A program made the position numbers and the translations under genes. Source: an uncultured Candidatus Micrarchaeota archaeon (GTDB taxonomy: Archaea; Micrarchaeota; Micrarchaeia; Micrarchaeales; Micrarchaeaceae). From it: 64,000 nt of DNA. The DNA lies in assembly GCA_963741095.1 (NCBI GenBank), contig CAVUGN010000001.1:32001-96000 (forward strand). The letters are read 5' to 3'. Numbering within the stretch: position 1 is the first letter of the stretch; each line of letters begins with the position of its first letter. This document shows positions 10,263 through 20,222 of the stretch, piece by piece. The notes under the pieces are model-generated. The model did no database searches. It saw only the letters and a program-made list of their open reading frames with translations, and had not been told where the DNA came from.

Positions 10263-11351
10263 TCACTTGAACTTCTTCTTTGCCTCTGACATAATCGCCT
10301 GGTAGCCCTTGTTGTATTCGAGTTCTTCGGGTATCAGCGTTGCCGGATGCACGAAGCCCTGCTCGCGCATGTACTCGGCCTTGATGACCGCCTTGTTCCT
10401 GAAGTAGTCCCAATCGGGGGTGTCGAAGGCGTCGACATGAGCGGTGAACTTGCCCTCGTGCATGCTGAAAAGCGTGCAGCTGACTATGGGAATGCAGAAG
10501 TTGCTGCTTGCTGCAGTTCCCGCCTTGACCGGCATGAGCGGCATGTGGTGGCTGCCGCGGGTATCGCCTGCGACATAGTGCGCCGTCTTGAATACCGAGC
10601 ATGTCTCTTCCGTAGCGGGGAATTCCTTCTGCAGCCTTACTATCGCCGCGGGATCGTCCTTCCCGATGTATGTGCCGGCTATGTTGTGCAGCCTGTCGGT
10701 CGTCGCAGCTATGATCGGATCGGTGGAGTTGCGCACGGAATCTATGACGTACCTGCCCGGATACATCAGCACCGCGGCTATGATGAAATTGTCCTGGGGT
10801 ATGCTGAACTCTGCTTTTTTGTCTTCCATGACGTCCATCACAGTCATCTTCACGCCGTTCGACAGCTTCGGATTCACTATGAGGCCGGTGTTGGCTGAAG
10901 GCTCGCAGAATAGCCTATAGAAAGGGAAGTTGAACGCGCCCGGCTCTGTCTTGTCCATCGTGAAGAGCGCGAAGGCCTCGTTCGGCCGCTCCTCGAACTC
11001 CATCTCAGCCACTCCAGGGCCCATGCCCTTGACGTTGCCGGAGAATGAGTCCTTCAGGAGATCCTGGCCTGCGCCGTAGAGGCCCTGCGACTTCGCGATG
11101 TCAGCGCCTGACTTCAGGGCGTCCCACGCGAGTTTGTGTATCTCCGCGTTGCCCGTGCCTCTTCTATGCGACATGAGTATGTGTATGTCGTCCCCGGTGT
11201 AGCCGAAATAGGCGTCTATCACTTCGAGCTTCTTCATGCCTTTGAGGACAAATGACCTTACGCCCTCGAAGAGCTCCTGGCTTGGTTTGGTGTGGCCTCC
11301 GACAGAGCCCACGTCAGCCTTTATCGCAGTTATCGTTATCTTCATTGACAC
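10263..11351 (-). CDS. fbp: Bifunctional fructose-1,6-bisphosphate aldolase/phosphatase (FBPase class V)
   Basis: Motifs IKADVGSVGGH, GDDIHILMSH, GLYGAGQDLLKDSFSGNVKGMGPG, DKTEPGAFN, YIGKDDP and RGSHHMPLMP. Confidence 0.95.
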   Translation of the reverse strand: MSMKITITAIKADVGSVGGHTKPSQELFEGVRSFVLKGMKKLEVIDAYFGYTGDDIHILMSHRRGTGNAEIHKLAWDALKSGADIAKSQGLYGAGQDLLKDSFSGNVKGMGPGVAEMEFEERPNEAFALFTMDKTEPGAFNFPFYRLFCEPSANTGLIVNPKLSNGVKMTVMDVMEDKKAEFSIPQDNFIIAAVLMYPGRYVIDSVRNSTDPIIAATTDRLHNIAGTYIGKDDPAAIVRLQKEFPATEETCSVFKTAHYVAGDTRGSHHMPLMPVKAGTAASSNFCIPIVSCTLFSMHEGKFTAHVDAFDTPDWDYFRNKAVIKAEYMREQGFVHPATLIPEELEYNKGYQAIMSEAKKKFK

Positions 11352-11430
11352 ACCTGAATAGAGGGTACTAATGCTATCTTAGTAGCAAATGATTAAATAT
11401 CTTGGATATGAATAAAACTGGGGGCGTAGA

Positions 11431-13077
11431 ATGACGAAGATATTTCTTGACACTGCCTCGCTGAAGGAAGTCGAGGAGGTCAACAGCTGGGGCATCATAG
11501 ACGGAGTCACTACGAACCAGAAGCTGTTTCTGCAGGAGGGCGGCATGGATTTCAAGAAGAGGGTCATAGACATCTGCAACATCGTCAACGGCCCGGTCAG
11601 CGTCGAGACGACAACCCACGGTGTCGAGGAGATGGTGGCGGAGGCGAAGGAGTACGCGAGCTGGAACAAGAACGTGGTGATAAAGGTCGCGATGTCCGCA
11701 GACGGCAACGGACTTAAGGTCGTCAAGAGGCTTACTGCACTGGGCATAAAGACCAACATGACGGTGATAATGACATTCAACCAGCTTGTCCTGGCAACGA
11801 AGGCAGGGGCGACTTACGTCTCGTTGTTCTACAACAGGGCGAAGGACGCTGGAGAAGACCCGGTCAGGATAATAAAGGACTACGCCGCATTCGTGAAGGA
11901 GAACGGCATCGGCACGCAGCTGATAGTCGGGAGCATAAGGAAGCCAGAGGACGTCAGCCAGTCGATCGCGGCGGGCGCGCACATCCTCACTATACCCACG
12001 AAGATACTCACGCAGATGCCCTTCCATCAGAGGACGGAAGAGACGATAAAGGAGTTCGACGATGCGTGGCAGGGTTTCATACAGGCGAACCCGCACGCGG
12101 TTTCAAGGACTCCGTTCAGGATATCCTTGGGCGGCGGCGGCACGGATCTCCCATCATATTACAAGGAGTACGAAGGCTTCTTCATCTCCGCTGCGATAAA
12201 CAAGTACATCTACGTGACGATACACAAGCGCTTCATGCCCGGATTGAAGTTCAGCTACTCGAAGACTGAGAATGTCATGAGCGCGGAAGAGCTGGAGCAT
12301 CCAGTCGTCAGGGAGGTCTTGAGGAAGTTCGGCATCAAGGAGGGCATCGAGATTGTTTCCTTGGCAGACATCCCGGCAGAGGCCGGGTTGGGGTCCTCTG
12401 GGAGCTTCTCGGTGGGCCTGTTGAAGGCGCTTTACGCTTACCAGAACGTGCAGAAGAGCCCCGCGGAGATAGCGGAGGAAGCATGCGACATAGCGATGAA
12501 CAGGCTCCACGAGCCGTCGGGCAAGCAGGACGAATACGCAGCGAGCTTCGGAGGCATAAACGCTTACAGCATTGACAGAGAGGGCAAGGTCACTGTCGAG
12601 GAGCTGAACCTTGACGACAACACCGTTGCTGAGCTCGAGAAGAACATAATGATGTTCTACACTGGGATAACCAGGAAATCGAGCGCCGTGCTCTCGAAGC
12701 AGCAGGAGAGGATATCAGATCCGAACACCGATGCTATGGAGAAGATGCACGCGATAAAGCGCATAGGATTGGAGAGCAAGAAGGCTCTTCAGTCAGGAAA
12801 CCTGAGAAGGTTCGGAGAGCTGCTGCACGAGCACTGGATGGTCAAGCGCGGAGTCACGGACAACATGAGCTCTGACGACATAGACCGCTGGTACGCCATC
12901 GCCAGGGAGAACGGAGCGATAGGCGGAAAAATAATCGGCGCTGGCGGCGGAGGCTTCCTGATGGTCTACTGCGAGGGCGACAAGCAGCGCATCGGAGAGG
13001 CCTTGGGAAAAGAGGGACTGACGCAGTTCGATTTCAAGTTCGATTTTGAGGGAAGCAAGACGGTCTACAACGTGTAG
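11431..13077 (+). CDS. Fusion of transaldolase (FSA/TalC type) and HddA-like D-glycero-alpha-D-manno-heptose-7-phosphate kinase (GHMP family)
   Basis: Residues 1-~218: IFLDTA, GVTTNQ, NVVIKV, TNMT, GSIR, GAHILTIP. Residues ~222-548: SRTPFRISLGGGGTD, GLGSSG, SGKQDEY, GAIGGKIIGAGGGGF. Single 548-aa frame with no internal start before the kinase. Confidence 0.88.
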   Translation: MTKIFLDTASLKEVEEVNSWGIIDGVTTNQKLFLQEGGMDFKKRVIDICNIVNGPVSVETTTHGVEEMVAEAKEYASWNKNVVIKVAMSADGNGLKVVKRLTALGIKTNMTVIMTFNQLVLATKAGATYVSLFYNRAKDAGEDPVRIIKDYAAFVKENGIGTQLIVGSIRKPEDVSQSIAAGAHILTIPTKILTQMPFHQRTEETIKEFDDAWQGFIQANPHAVSRTPFRISLGGGGTDLPSYYKEYEGFFISAAINKYIYVTIHKRFMPGLKFSYSKTENVMSAEELEHPVVREVLRKFGIKEGIEIVSLADIPAEAGLGSSGSFSVGLLKALYAYQNVQKSPAEIAEEACDIAMNRLHEPSGKQDEYAASFGGINAYSIDREGKVTVEELNLDDNTVAELEKNIMMFYTGITRKSSAVLSKQQERISDPNTDAMEKMHAIKRIGLESKKALQSGNLRRFGELLHEHWMVKRGVTDNMSSDDIDRWYAIARENGAIGGKIIGAGGGGFLMVYCEGDKQRIGEALGKEGLTQFDFKFDFEGSKTVYNV

Positions 13078-13102
13078 AGCGAACAGCATATGAGGTGAAA
13101 AA

Positions 13103-13702
13103 ATGATAGATGGAAAACACACACGTTCTTACCTCGCCGAGGTGAGCGAGATTGCGAAGAGGATAGACACCGATAGCGTGGACAGGTCCATACAGATACT
13201 CTACGAGGCTTGGAAGGACGACAAGCAGATATTCATCATAGGCAACGGCGGGTCGGCTTCTACGGCTACGCACTTCGCCAGCGACCTTAACAAATGGGTT
13301 TCTGAAAAGGCGGAGAGGAGGTTCAGGGCCCATGCGCTTGTCGACAACATACCGCTGGTCAGTGCGCTCACCAACGACAACGGCTGGAGCGAGGTGTACA
13401 GCGACCAGCTGCGCAATTTCTTCAGGAAGGGGGATGTTTTGATCGCTATCAGCGTGCACGGCGGATCCGGCAGCGACAAGGCCGGCCTTTGGTCGCAAAA
13501 CCTATTGAAAGCGGTAAAGTACGCGAAGGACAACGGCGGCAAGGTCGTCGGCCTTGCAGGTTTTGACGGAGGAGTACTGCGTACAGCAGCAGATGTGTGC
13601 ATAGTGGTCCCGGCGAATTCCACGCCACAGGTCGAGGGCATGCACCCGGTACTCGCACATCTGATGGGAGAGCAATTGCACGACATGATATCGAAGCAAT
13701 AG
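13103..13702 (+). CDS. gmhA: Sedoheptulose-7-phosphate isomerase (SIS domain)
   Basis: IGNGGSASTATHFASD, SALTNDNGW and PQVEGMH. GAGGTGA SD. Confidence 0.85.
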   Translation: MIDGKHTRSYLAEVSEIAKRIDTDSVDRSIQILYEAWKDDKQIFIIGNGGSASTATHFASDLNKWVSEKAERRFRAHALVDNIPLVSALTNDNGWSEVYSDQLRNFFRKGDVLIAISVHGGSGSDKAGLWSQNLLKAVKYAKDNGGKVVGLAGFDGGVLRTAADVCIVVPANSTPQVEGMHPVLAHLMGEQLHDMISKQ

Positions 13703-13708
13703 AAGGAT

Positions 13709-14398
13709 ATGATGGCTTCAGGAAAAGAGATGCTTGCCAAGGATACTGATTCTGCTGAGGTAAATGACGGAAAGGGTAGAGACAGAATAGCACTGGTGCT
13801 GCTCGACCGCGACGGTGTGCTAAACGACGTGGATGCAGAAGGGGTGCAGAAACTGTCGATGTTCAGATTGGTGCCTGGAGTTGTAAGCTCTCTGAAAAGG
13901 TTGAGCGGTGATAACTTCAGGGTCGGCATCGTGACCAACCAACCAGGCGTCGCTGAAGGAAAGCTGTCGGTAACGGATCTTGACGCAATGAATTGTATCC
14001 TAAAGGAGAAGGCAACAGAAGCAGGCATAATACCGGATAATTTCGTCATAGAGGTGTGCATGCACGGCAAGGATTCCGACTGCGACTGCAGGAAGCCTAA
14101 ACCGGGACTTGTGAAGAAGGTTGTGGAGAATTTCAAGTTGAACGTAAGGAATGTCGATTTCTATCTTGTCGGAGACATGATAAGGGAAGTGCAGACCCTG
14201 GACAATTATTACAATACGGTACTCAAGTCTATGGGGATAGGTCCGAAAGCCAAGACCACAATACTGCTCAACTGGGAGCATGGCAGGGACAAGGGCCACA
14301 TAAGCGATGAATTGAGGAAGCTCGTGACCCCGGACTACGAGGTGCACAGCCTTGACGAAGCTCTGAAGTTGATACAAAACAGAGAAAATGGCTTGTGA
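13709..14398 (+). CDS. gmhB: D-glycero-D-manno-heptose-1,7-bisphosphate phosphatase (HAD IIIA)
   Basis: LLDRDGVLN, IVTNQPG, Zn-binding CMH...CDCRKPKPG and VGD. Confidence 0.88.
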   Translation: MMASGKEMLAKDTDSAEVNDGKGRDRIALVLLDRDGVLNDVDAEGVQKLSMFRLVPGVVSSLKRLSGDNFRVGIVTNQPGVAEGKLSVTDLDAMNCILKEKATEAGIIPDNFVIEVCMHGKDSDCDCRKPKPGLVKKVVENFKLNVRNVDFYLVGDMIREVQTLDNYYNTVLKSMGIGPKAKTTILLNWEHGRDKGHISDELRKLVTPDYEVHSLDEALKLIQNRENGL

Positions 14399-14451
14399 GT
14401 ATCCACACAACATTTATATATGTGCTACGGGCATAGACTTCTGGTGATCTT

Positions 14452-15061
14452 ATCTACAAATACGGCGACATCGATGATGCAAAAGGATACATCGAAGGCA
14501 GCATAAAGGTACTTAAAAAGATGAAGGAGCAGGATGGAATCATCGAAGAGATTGCGAGCATGCTGGCCGCGACCAGGGACAGAGGCGGCACGATATACCT
14601 GATAGGCAACGGAGGCAGCGCATCCACTGCAGGGCACATGGCTGGCGATCTGACGAAGACGGTGAGCAGGTCGGACAAACGCGGCTTCAAAGCGGTCTCT
14701 TTGACCGATAACGTACCGACCATGATGGCATGGGCGAATGACCTGTCTTATGATGCCATATTCGAGGAGCAGTTGAAGAGCTTCATGACGGAGAACGATG
14801 CGCTGATAGCGATAAGCGGCAGCGGCAACTCGAAGAACATATTAAGGGCGGTGAAATACGCGAACAGCATCGGCGCCAGCACGATAGGCCTCACCGGCAT
14901 GGACGGCGGCGAGCTCGCGAAGATAGCAAAGATATCGTTCATAGTGCCGGACAATTCGATGTACAGGATAGAGGACCTTGCACCTGATGCTCGCGCACGT
15001 TATAGCGTTCAGGAGCGCAAACGCCTCGACAAGCCAGCACTCCGCGGTTTATGCGCCTTGA
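14452..15061 (+). CDS. gmhA: Second sedoheptulose-7-phosphate isomerase (SIS), with a +1 frameshift near 14978
   Basis: IGNGGSASTAGHMAGD, AWANDLSY and ISGSGNSKN. Removing one base restores 'IEDLHLMLAHVI' and a stop at 15061. The frame extends upstream of ATG 14521 to an ATC preceded by GGTGAT. Confidence 0.8.
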
Positions 15062-15075
15062 CAGGGTTTTGCAGC

Positions 15076-15800
15076 ATGAAGAACGAGGTACCGAAGATTG
15101 CGCTGATACTCGCCGGCGGCAGAGGGGTCCGGCTGAGGCCGTTGACTTACAGGATACCTAAGCCTCTCGTGCCGATAAACGGGAAACCCATAATAGAGCG
15201 CATAGTGGACGAGCTCATCAGGAACGGCATAAAGGACATCGTGATATCGATAGGGTACAAGGCAGGCATGATAATCAAGTATCTCGACAACGCGGGGCTC
15301 GACGCGAGGATAAGCTACGTGGTCGAGAAGGAGTCGCTGGGCACCGGCGGAGGATTGAAGCTATCGCTCAAGAGGATACGAAGCAGGTACAACGGCGACA
15401 TATTCCTTGTGTATGGAGACGCGGTGTTCAAGTTCGACATAAAGAAGATGTACTGCTTCCACAAGGAGAAGGATGCATTGATAACCATGGCGCTCAAGAG
15501 GAAGAAGGAGGTGATCGGCAGAGGCGTTGCCTTCCTCAAGGGCACAAGGGTTACGAAATTCATAGAGAAGCCAGTGCATGATTCTGCGCCGGAGGAGATG
15601 AGCGACCTCACAAACGCCGGAAAGTACATATTGAACACGAAGGTATTCAACCTGCTGCCGGACAGGAAGCGGTTCTCTTTCGAGCAGGATTTCCTGCAGA
15701 ACTCTGCACAGGACATCAACCTGCAGGGCTACTCACGAGGGCGAAGTCCTTCTCTATAGACACCCCGGAAAAGCTGGAAAAGGCAAGGAAGAACTGGTAG
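15076..15800 (+). CDS. Sugar-1-phosphate nucleotidyltransferase (HddC/GMPP-like), with a frameshift near 15733
   Basis: LILAGGRGVRLRPLT, PKPL, LGTGG, YGD, FIEKP and NAGKY. Adding one base restores the C-terminal 'SFSIDTPEKLEKARKNW*'. Confidence 0.8.
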
Positions 15801-15859
15801 AATCGGATGTGGATTCGCGCTTATAAAAGCATAAAAGGTTTGGCGTGCAAATAAGGATT

Positions 15860-16564
15860 ATGTTCAGCGGATTATACAATCGGATCGCCAGATCGGGGAT
15901 AACGAAACATCCAGTGGTTAGAAGCGCAAGGAGGTTCGTTTCCAACCGCTTGATAAGGCAGCCGATACTCGTGAACAAGTCGTTCTACATGTTCATCGAG
16001 GAGCACCAGCCGCTCAACATATTGATAAACAAGACTTACGAACCCGTGGAGACTGCAAGCGTGAATCGCGTCCTGAAGGAACGCATGGTGGGATTGAACA
16101 TTGGAGCCAACATGGGGTACTATTCCCTGCTGATGGCCCAGAAGTGCAGCAAGGTCTACGCCGTGGAGCCGAGCCTTCAGTTCTACAAGATCCTTGAGAA
16201 GAACATAGAGGCGAACAAGCTGAAGGGAAAGATAATACCGTACAACTTCGCCCTTGGGAAGGCTTCGGGGAACATAAAATTCAAGGCGCCCGTCGGGGAT
16301 GACATAATGGAGACGACGTCGGTCAAGCGGGTTAAGCTGGACGAGCTTTTCAAAGGGAAGCCGCAGCCGGACATAATAGTCATGGATGTCGACGGAGCAG
16401 AGGCGGATGTCCTGGCAGGCGGAAGGAAGACATTCGCAAACGCGAAGCACGTGTTCTTTGAGAACAACCTGGGCCCGAAGTTCCTGCAACAGTTCAGGGA
16501 CATGGGATTCGAAGTGCAGCCGATAGACTCGATGAATTTCTACGCGAGAAAGGGCCGCAAGTGA
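15860..16564 (+). CDS. FkbM-family SAM-dependent methyltransferase
   Basis: YEP, NIGANMGYYSL, VYAVEP and MDVDGAE. Confidence 0.8.
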   Translation: MFSGLYNRIARSGITKHPVVRSARRFVSNRLIRQPILVNKSFYMFIEEHQPLNILINKTYEPVETASVNRVLKERMVGLNIGANMGYYSLLMAQKCSKVYAVEPSLQFYKILEKNIEANKLKGKIIPYNFALGKASGNIKFKAPVGDDIMETTSVKRVKLDELFKGKPQPDIIVMDVDGAEADVLAGGRKTFANAKHVFFENNLGPKFLQQFRDMGFEVQPIDSMNFYARKGRK

Positions 16565-16684
16565 TTGTGATTCCTTGTCATTGGGCAAGGTATATATATT
16601 TCTTTGAGAAAATGATGATGCGGGAGGAAGGGCAGGTGGACGCATCCGCGTTCATGAGATTGATTTTGGAAATTGGGTTATAGA

Positions 16685-18034
16685 ATGAAGGTATTTTTGG
16701 TAAGCGCTCCTTCGGACACTCAGAAGCTCCAGCATAGGCCCTATCCGCTGGGCATCGCTTATCTTGGCGCTATCCTAGAGAATGCGAAGCACGAGACAAA
16801 GCTGTTCGATTATTTCAACGCGGAGATGGACAAGGTTGAGGAGGAGTTCATCAGGATGGTCAAGGAAGAGAAGCCGAACGTCATCGGCTTCAGCATATTG
16901 TCGATGAACCGCACCGCTTCGTTTGACCTTATCAAGAGGATAAAGAGCTTCGCGCCGGAAACGAAAATAATCGCAGGTGGAGTGCATTGCAGCGTGCTCT
17001 ACGAACAGTTGCTGAAGAACTTTCCCATCGAGGCGATCTGCCTTGGCGAGGGGGAGAACGTGGTCACTCCGTTGGTCGAGAGCATATTCGACAAGAAGGC
17101 CTTGAAGGATGTCAAAGGCATAGCGTACATGGACGAGAACGGCAACATCGCGGTGACTCCCGCGCCGGAGATGACGAAACTTGATGACGTGCCCTTCCCG
17201 AAGCACGATGTTTTCCTGACCGACAAGTCGAAAACGCTCTACATGATAACGAGCAGGGGCTGCGCGGGAAGGTGCGTGTTCTGTTCAACGACAAGCTACT
17301 GGAAGATATGGAGGACAAGGTCACCGAAGAACGTAGTGGACGAGATAGAATCCGTGAAGAAGAGATTCCCGAACATAGACACAATCTTGTTCCTTGATGA
17401 CGCCTTCACTTTGGACAACAATCGTGCCATCAACATCTGCAAGGAGATCATAAACAGGGGCATCAAGGTCAAATGGACCTGCCAGGCGCGAGTGACGCCC
17501 ATCTCTATGGAGATGCTGGAATGGCTTAAGAAAGCGGGCTGCACCGAGATAGCTTACGGCGTGGAATCGGGCTCGGACAGGATGCTGCAGGAGATGAAGA
17601 AGTACATAACGAGCGCACAAATAATCACGGCATTCGACCTCACCAGGAAAGTCGGGATAATACCCGACCCATATCTTATGATAGGATTGCCTTCGGAGAG
17701 CAACGAGACGATAAATGAGACAATAGCGTTATTGAAGAGGATAAAATGTGTGGCCCGCAGCGTTGCGATACTGGAACTATATCCCAACACGGAGATCTAT
17801 CGCATCGCGAAGGCGCAGGGATTCATAACCGATGATTATTGGTTGACGGATAAGCCGATCCCGATTTACACTTACGAACACTCTCTTCCGGACTTACAAA
17901 GGATGGTGTTTAAGATAGTTTATGAATCCCAGAAGAACGCCGGTTGGATACCGCTCTTCGAGTTCGGGATCAAACAGGTGCTTGCCGAACCGAGGAGGGT
18001 CTTGAGCATCATAAATACAATGAGGAAAAAATAA
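16685..18034 (+). CDS. Cobalamin-binding radical SAM enzyme
   Basis: N-terminal 'PLGIAYLGAIL...AGGVH...GEGE', then SRGCAGRCVFC (CxxxCxxC), DDAF and GVESGS. Confidence 0.9.
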   Translation: MKVFLVSAPSDTQKLQHRPYPLGIAYLGAILENAKHETKLFDYFNAEMDKVEEEFIRMVKEEKPNVIGFSILSMNRTASFDLIKRIKSFAPETKIIAGGVHCSVLYEQLLKNFPIEAICLGEGENVVTPLVESIFDKKALKDVKGIAYMDENGNIAVTPAPEMTKLDDVPFPKHDVFLTDKSKTLYMITSRGCAGRCVFCSTTSYWKIWRTRSPKNVVDEIESVKKRFPNIDTILFLDDAFTLDNNRAINICKEIINRGIKVKWTCQARVTPISMEMLEWLKKAGCTEIAYGVESGSDRMLQEMKKYITSAQIITAFDLTRKVGIIPDPYLMIGLPSESNETINETIALLKRIKCVARSVAILELYPNTEIYRIAKAQGFITDDYWLTDKPIPIYTYEHSLPDLQRMVFKIVYESQKNAGWIPLFEFGIKQVLAEPRRVLSIINTMRKK

Positions 18035-18036
18035 CG

Positions 18037-19104
18037 ATGATGGATGTGGCTAACCAGGACAAAAAAAGCGTTAACAGAAGCACATATGCGCTATTCAGGA
18101 GATACAAAAACCTGTTCGGCGGAGTGATGCCGATGGTAAATTTCCTGAACGGCATGTCCAGGCCGAAAAGGAAGATCATGCCGCTCCCGACATCAGCCCA
18201 GATAGAGGTCACTACGCAGTGCAATTTCAAATGCATCACCTGCGGCAGGGTGAGCATGAAGAACCGCCTGAATCTCAATCTGACGCCCGAACGTTTCGAG
18301 CATGTCCTTGACCAGAATCCGAATGTCAAGCGACTCACGCTCGTGGGTTATGGCGAAACGCTCATGGCACAGAATCTGCAGGAGATCATAGACATCGCCA
18401 AGAAAAGGAGCATAGACCTGACGACATTCACGAACGGCTCCCTGCTGCACATAGACAAGTATGCGAATCTGGCGATTCAGTTCAACGTGCTCGTGGTCAG
18501 TTTCGATGCGGCTGAGAAGGAGACCTTCGAGAGGATACGTGTGGGCAGCAACTTCGAAAAAACAAAAGAGGGCATAAGCAAGATAAACCGGATGAGAAAG
18601 GAGCAGGGGCGCGACATGTCCTTGCGCATCAATTTCATCGCCTCGCACTTGAACTACAAAGAGATACCGAAACTTGCAGACATCTGCATGGAAACCGGAG
18701 TTGATGAGATAGGCATAGGCGAAGTTGCGAATTTTTACACGCCGGGAGAGCCGGAGTATGCGGAGATGGCTAGTTTTGTGCGCGAGGGCAGGAAGATGCA
18801 CAATGAGATTCTCGCAAGCATCGATCAATTAAGGGAGAGGCTGAAGAACACCGATAAAGTCCTGTCTTACAGCCCGTACAGGAAGGTAAAACCGATCTGC
18901 AGGGGCCCTTTTGACACTTTTTCGATGGCTGCGGACGGGCATATCACCCCATGCTGCATGAGATACAATCCGGAAATAATAAATTTCGGCAACATAAACA
19001 AAACAAGCTTCGCGGAGATATGGAACGGCGAGGGCTACCAGAAATTCAGGGAGAGCATGATAAAAGGCACTTCGAATCCGATTTGCGACTGCTGCCCTGA
19101 TTGA
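18037..19104 (+). CDS. Radical SAM enzyme with SPASM/twitch domain
   Basis: EVTTQCNFKCITC, GYGETL and TNGSLL. C-terminal CRGPF...DGHITPCC...FGNI...EIWNG...CDCC. Confidence 0.88.
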   Translation: MMDVANQDKKSVNRSTYALFRRYKNLFGGVMPMVNFLNGMSRPKRKIMPLPTSAQIEVTTQCNFKCITCGRVSMKNRLNLNLTPERFEHVLDQNPNVKRLTLVGYGETLMAQNLQEIIDIAKKRSIDLTTFTNGSLLHIDKYANLAIQFNVLVVSFDAAEKETFERIRVGSNFEKTKEGISKINRMRKEQGRDMSLRINFIASHLNYKEIPKLADICMETGVDEIGIGEVANFYTPGEPEYAEMASFVREGRKMHNEILASIDQLRERLKNTDKVLSYSPYRKVKPICRGPFDTFSMAADGHITPCCMRYNPEIINFGNINKTSFAEIWNGEGYQKFRESMIKGTSNPICDCCPD

Positions 19105-19169
19105 GAGGCCGGCACGAACGCATAAACTTTATATGTGTGCTGTGATTTACTAGGTATACGTTGGATTCC

Positions 19170-20195
19170 ATGAAGGATGACAAACCGATCGATACGGACA
19201 AGACCAAGTCGATGATAATATCGAAGACGCCGCTCAGGATAACCTTCGTGGGCGGGGGCACAGACCTGCCTGCCTATTACAAGAGATACGGGCCTGGAGC
19301 GGTCACCAACTGCGCGATAGACAAGTACATCTACGTTATAATACACAAGAACTTCGACAACCTGATAAGAGTCAGCTATTCCAAGATAGAGAAGGTCAAC
19401 GATGTCAACAAGATAGAACACCCGACGGTCAGGGAGGCGCTCAAGCTACTAGGGATAACTGGCGGAGTGGACATAACGAGCATGGCTGACGTGCCTGCGG
19501 TTGTCGGCGGATTGGGGCTCGGCTCGAGCTACAGCTTCCTTGTCGGAGTGCTTAATGCATTGCACGCGTGGAAGGGCGAGCTTGCGTCGCCGAAGCAGCT
19601 TGCAGAAGAAGCTACGAAGATAGAGCTGGAGATGCTTAAGGGATCGTCGGGCAAGCAGGACCAGTACATAGCGGCTTTTGGAGGCATGCGTTTCTTCGAA
19701 TTCGGCAAGGACGGCGAGACAGTGGTCAAGTCTTTGGTGATGGACCAGGAGACGAAAGAGAAGTTCAGGGACCATCTGCTGCTCATGCACACCGGGAGGG
19801 AACACCACACCGAGCAGATACTGAAGAAGCAGAGCGATGTCGTCAAGGACCATGTAGAGGCTTACAACAAAATGAGGGATTACGCTTACGAGATGTACGA
19901 CATGATCGCCGAGGGCAAGTGGCATGACGTCGGCAAGATGATGCATGAGAACTGGCTGCTCAAGAAGTCGCTCAGCACGGACATAAGCGACCCCATAATA
20001 GACGGGCAGTACGAGAGGGCGCAGAAGGCGGGGGCGATTGGCGGTAAGCTGATAGGCGCGGGCGGAGGAGGCTTCCTGATGTTCTTCGCGGATCCGGAGA
20101 ACCACAAAAAGATCATAGATGCGCTGCCTGAACTCAAGCCGGTGCCATTCGACTTCGAGCCCTCAGGAAGCAGGATAATAAGCCTCGAGGACTGA
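19170..20195 (+). CDS. hddA: Second HddA-like heptose-7-phosphate kinase (GHMP family)
   Basis: IISKTPLRITFVGGGTD, GLGSS, GKQDQYIAAFGG, HENWLLKK and GGKLIGAGGGGF. Confidence 0.85.
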   Translation: MKDDKPIDTDKTKSMIISKTPLRITFVGGGTDLPAYYKRYGPGAVTNCAIDKYIYVIIHKNFDNLIRVSYSKIEKVNDVNKIEHPTVREALKLLGITGGVDITSMADVPAVVGGLGLGSSYSFLVGVLNALHAWKGELASPKQLAEEATKIELEMLKGSSGKQDQYIAAFGGMRFFEFGKDGETVVKSLVMDQETKEKFRDHLLLMHTGREHHTEQILKKQSDVVKDHVEAYNKMRDYAYEMYDMIAEGKWHDVGKMMHENWLLKKSLSTDISDPIIDGQYERAQKAGAIGGKLIGAGGGGFLMFFADPENHKKIIDALPELKPVPFDFEPSGSRIISLED

Positions 20196-20222
20196 AACTT
20201 CTTCTTTGATTATCCGATCCCG

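Noticed and set aside
14521-15759. Apparent GmhA-nucleotidyltransferase fusion (412 aa in the ORF track)
   Set aside because: A 1-nt indel near 14978 restores the GmhA C-terminus (EDLHLMLAH) with its own stop at 15061. The transferase has its own ATG at 15076, so the fusion is an artefact.
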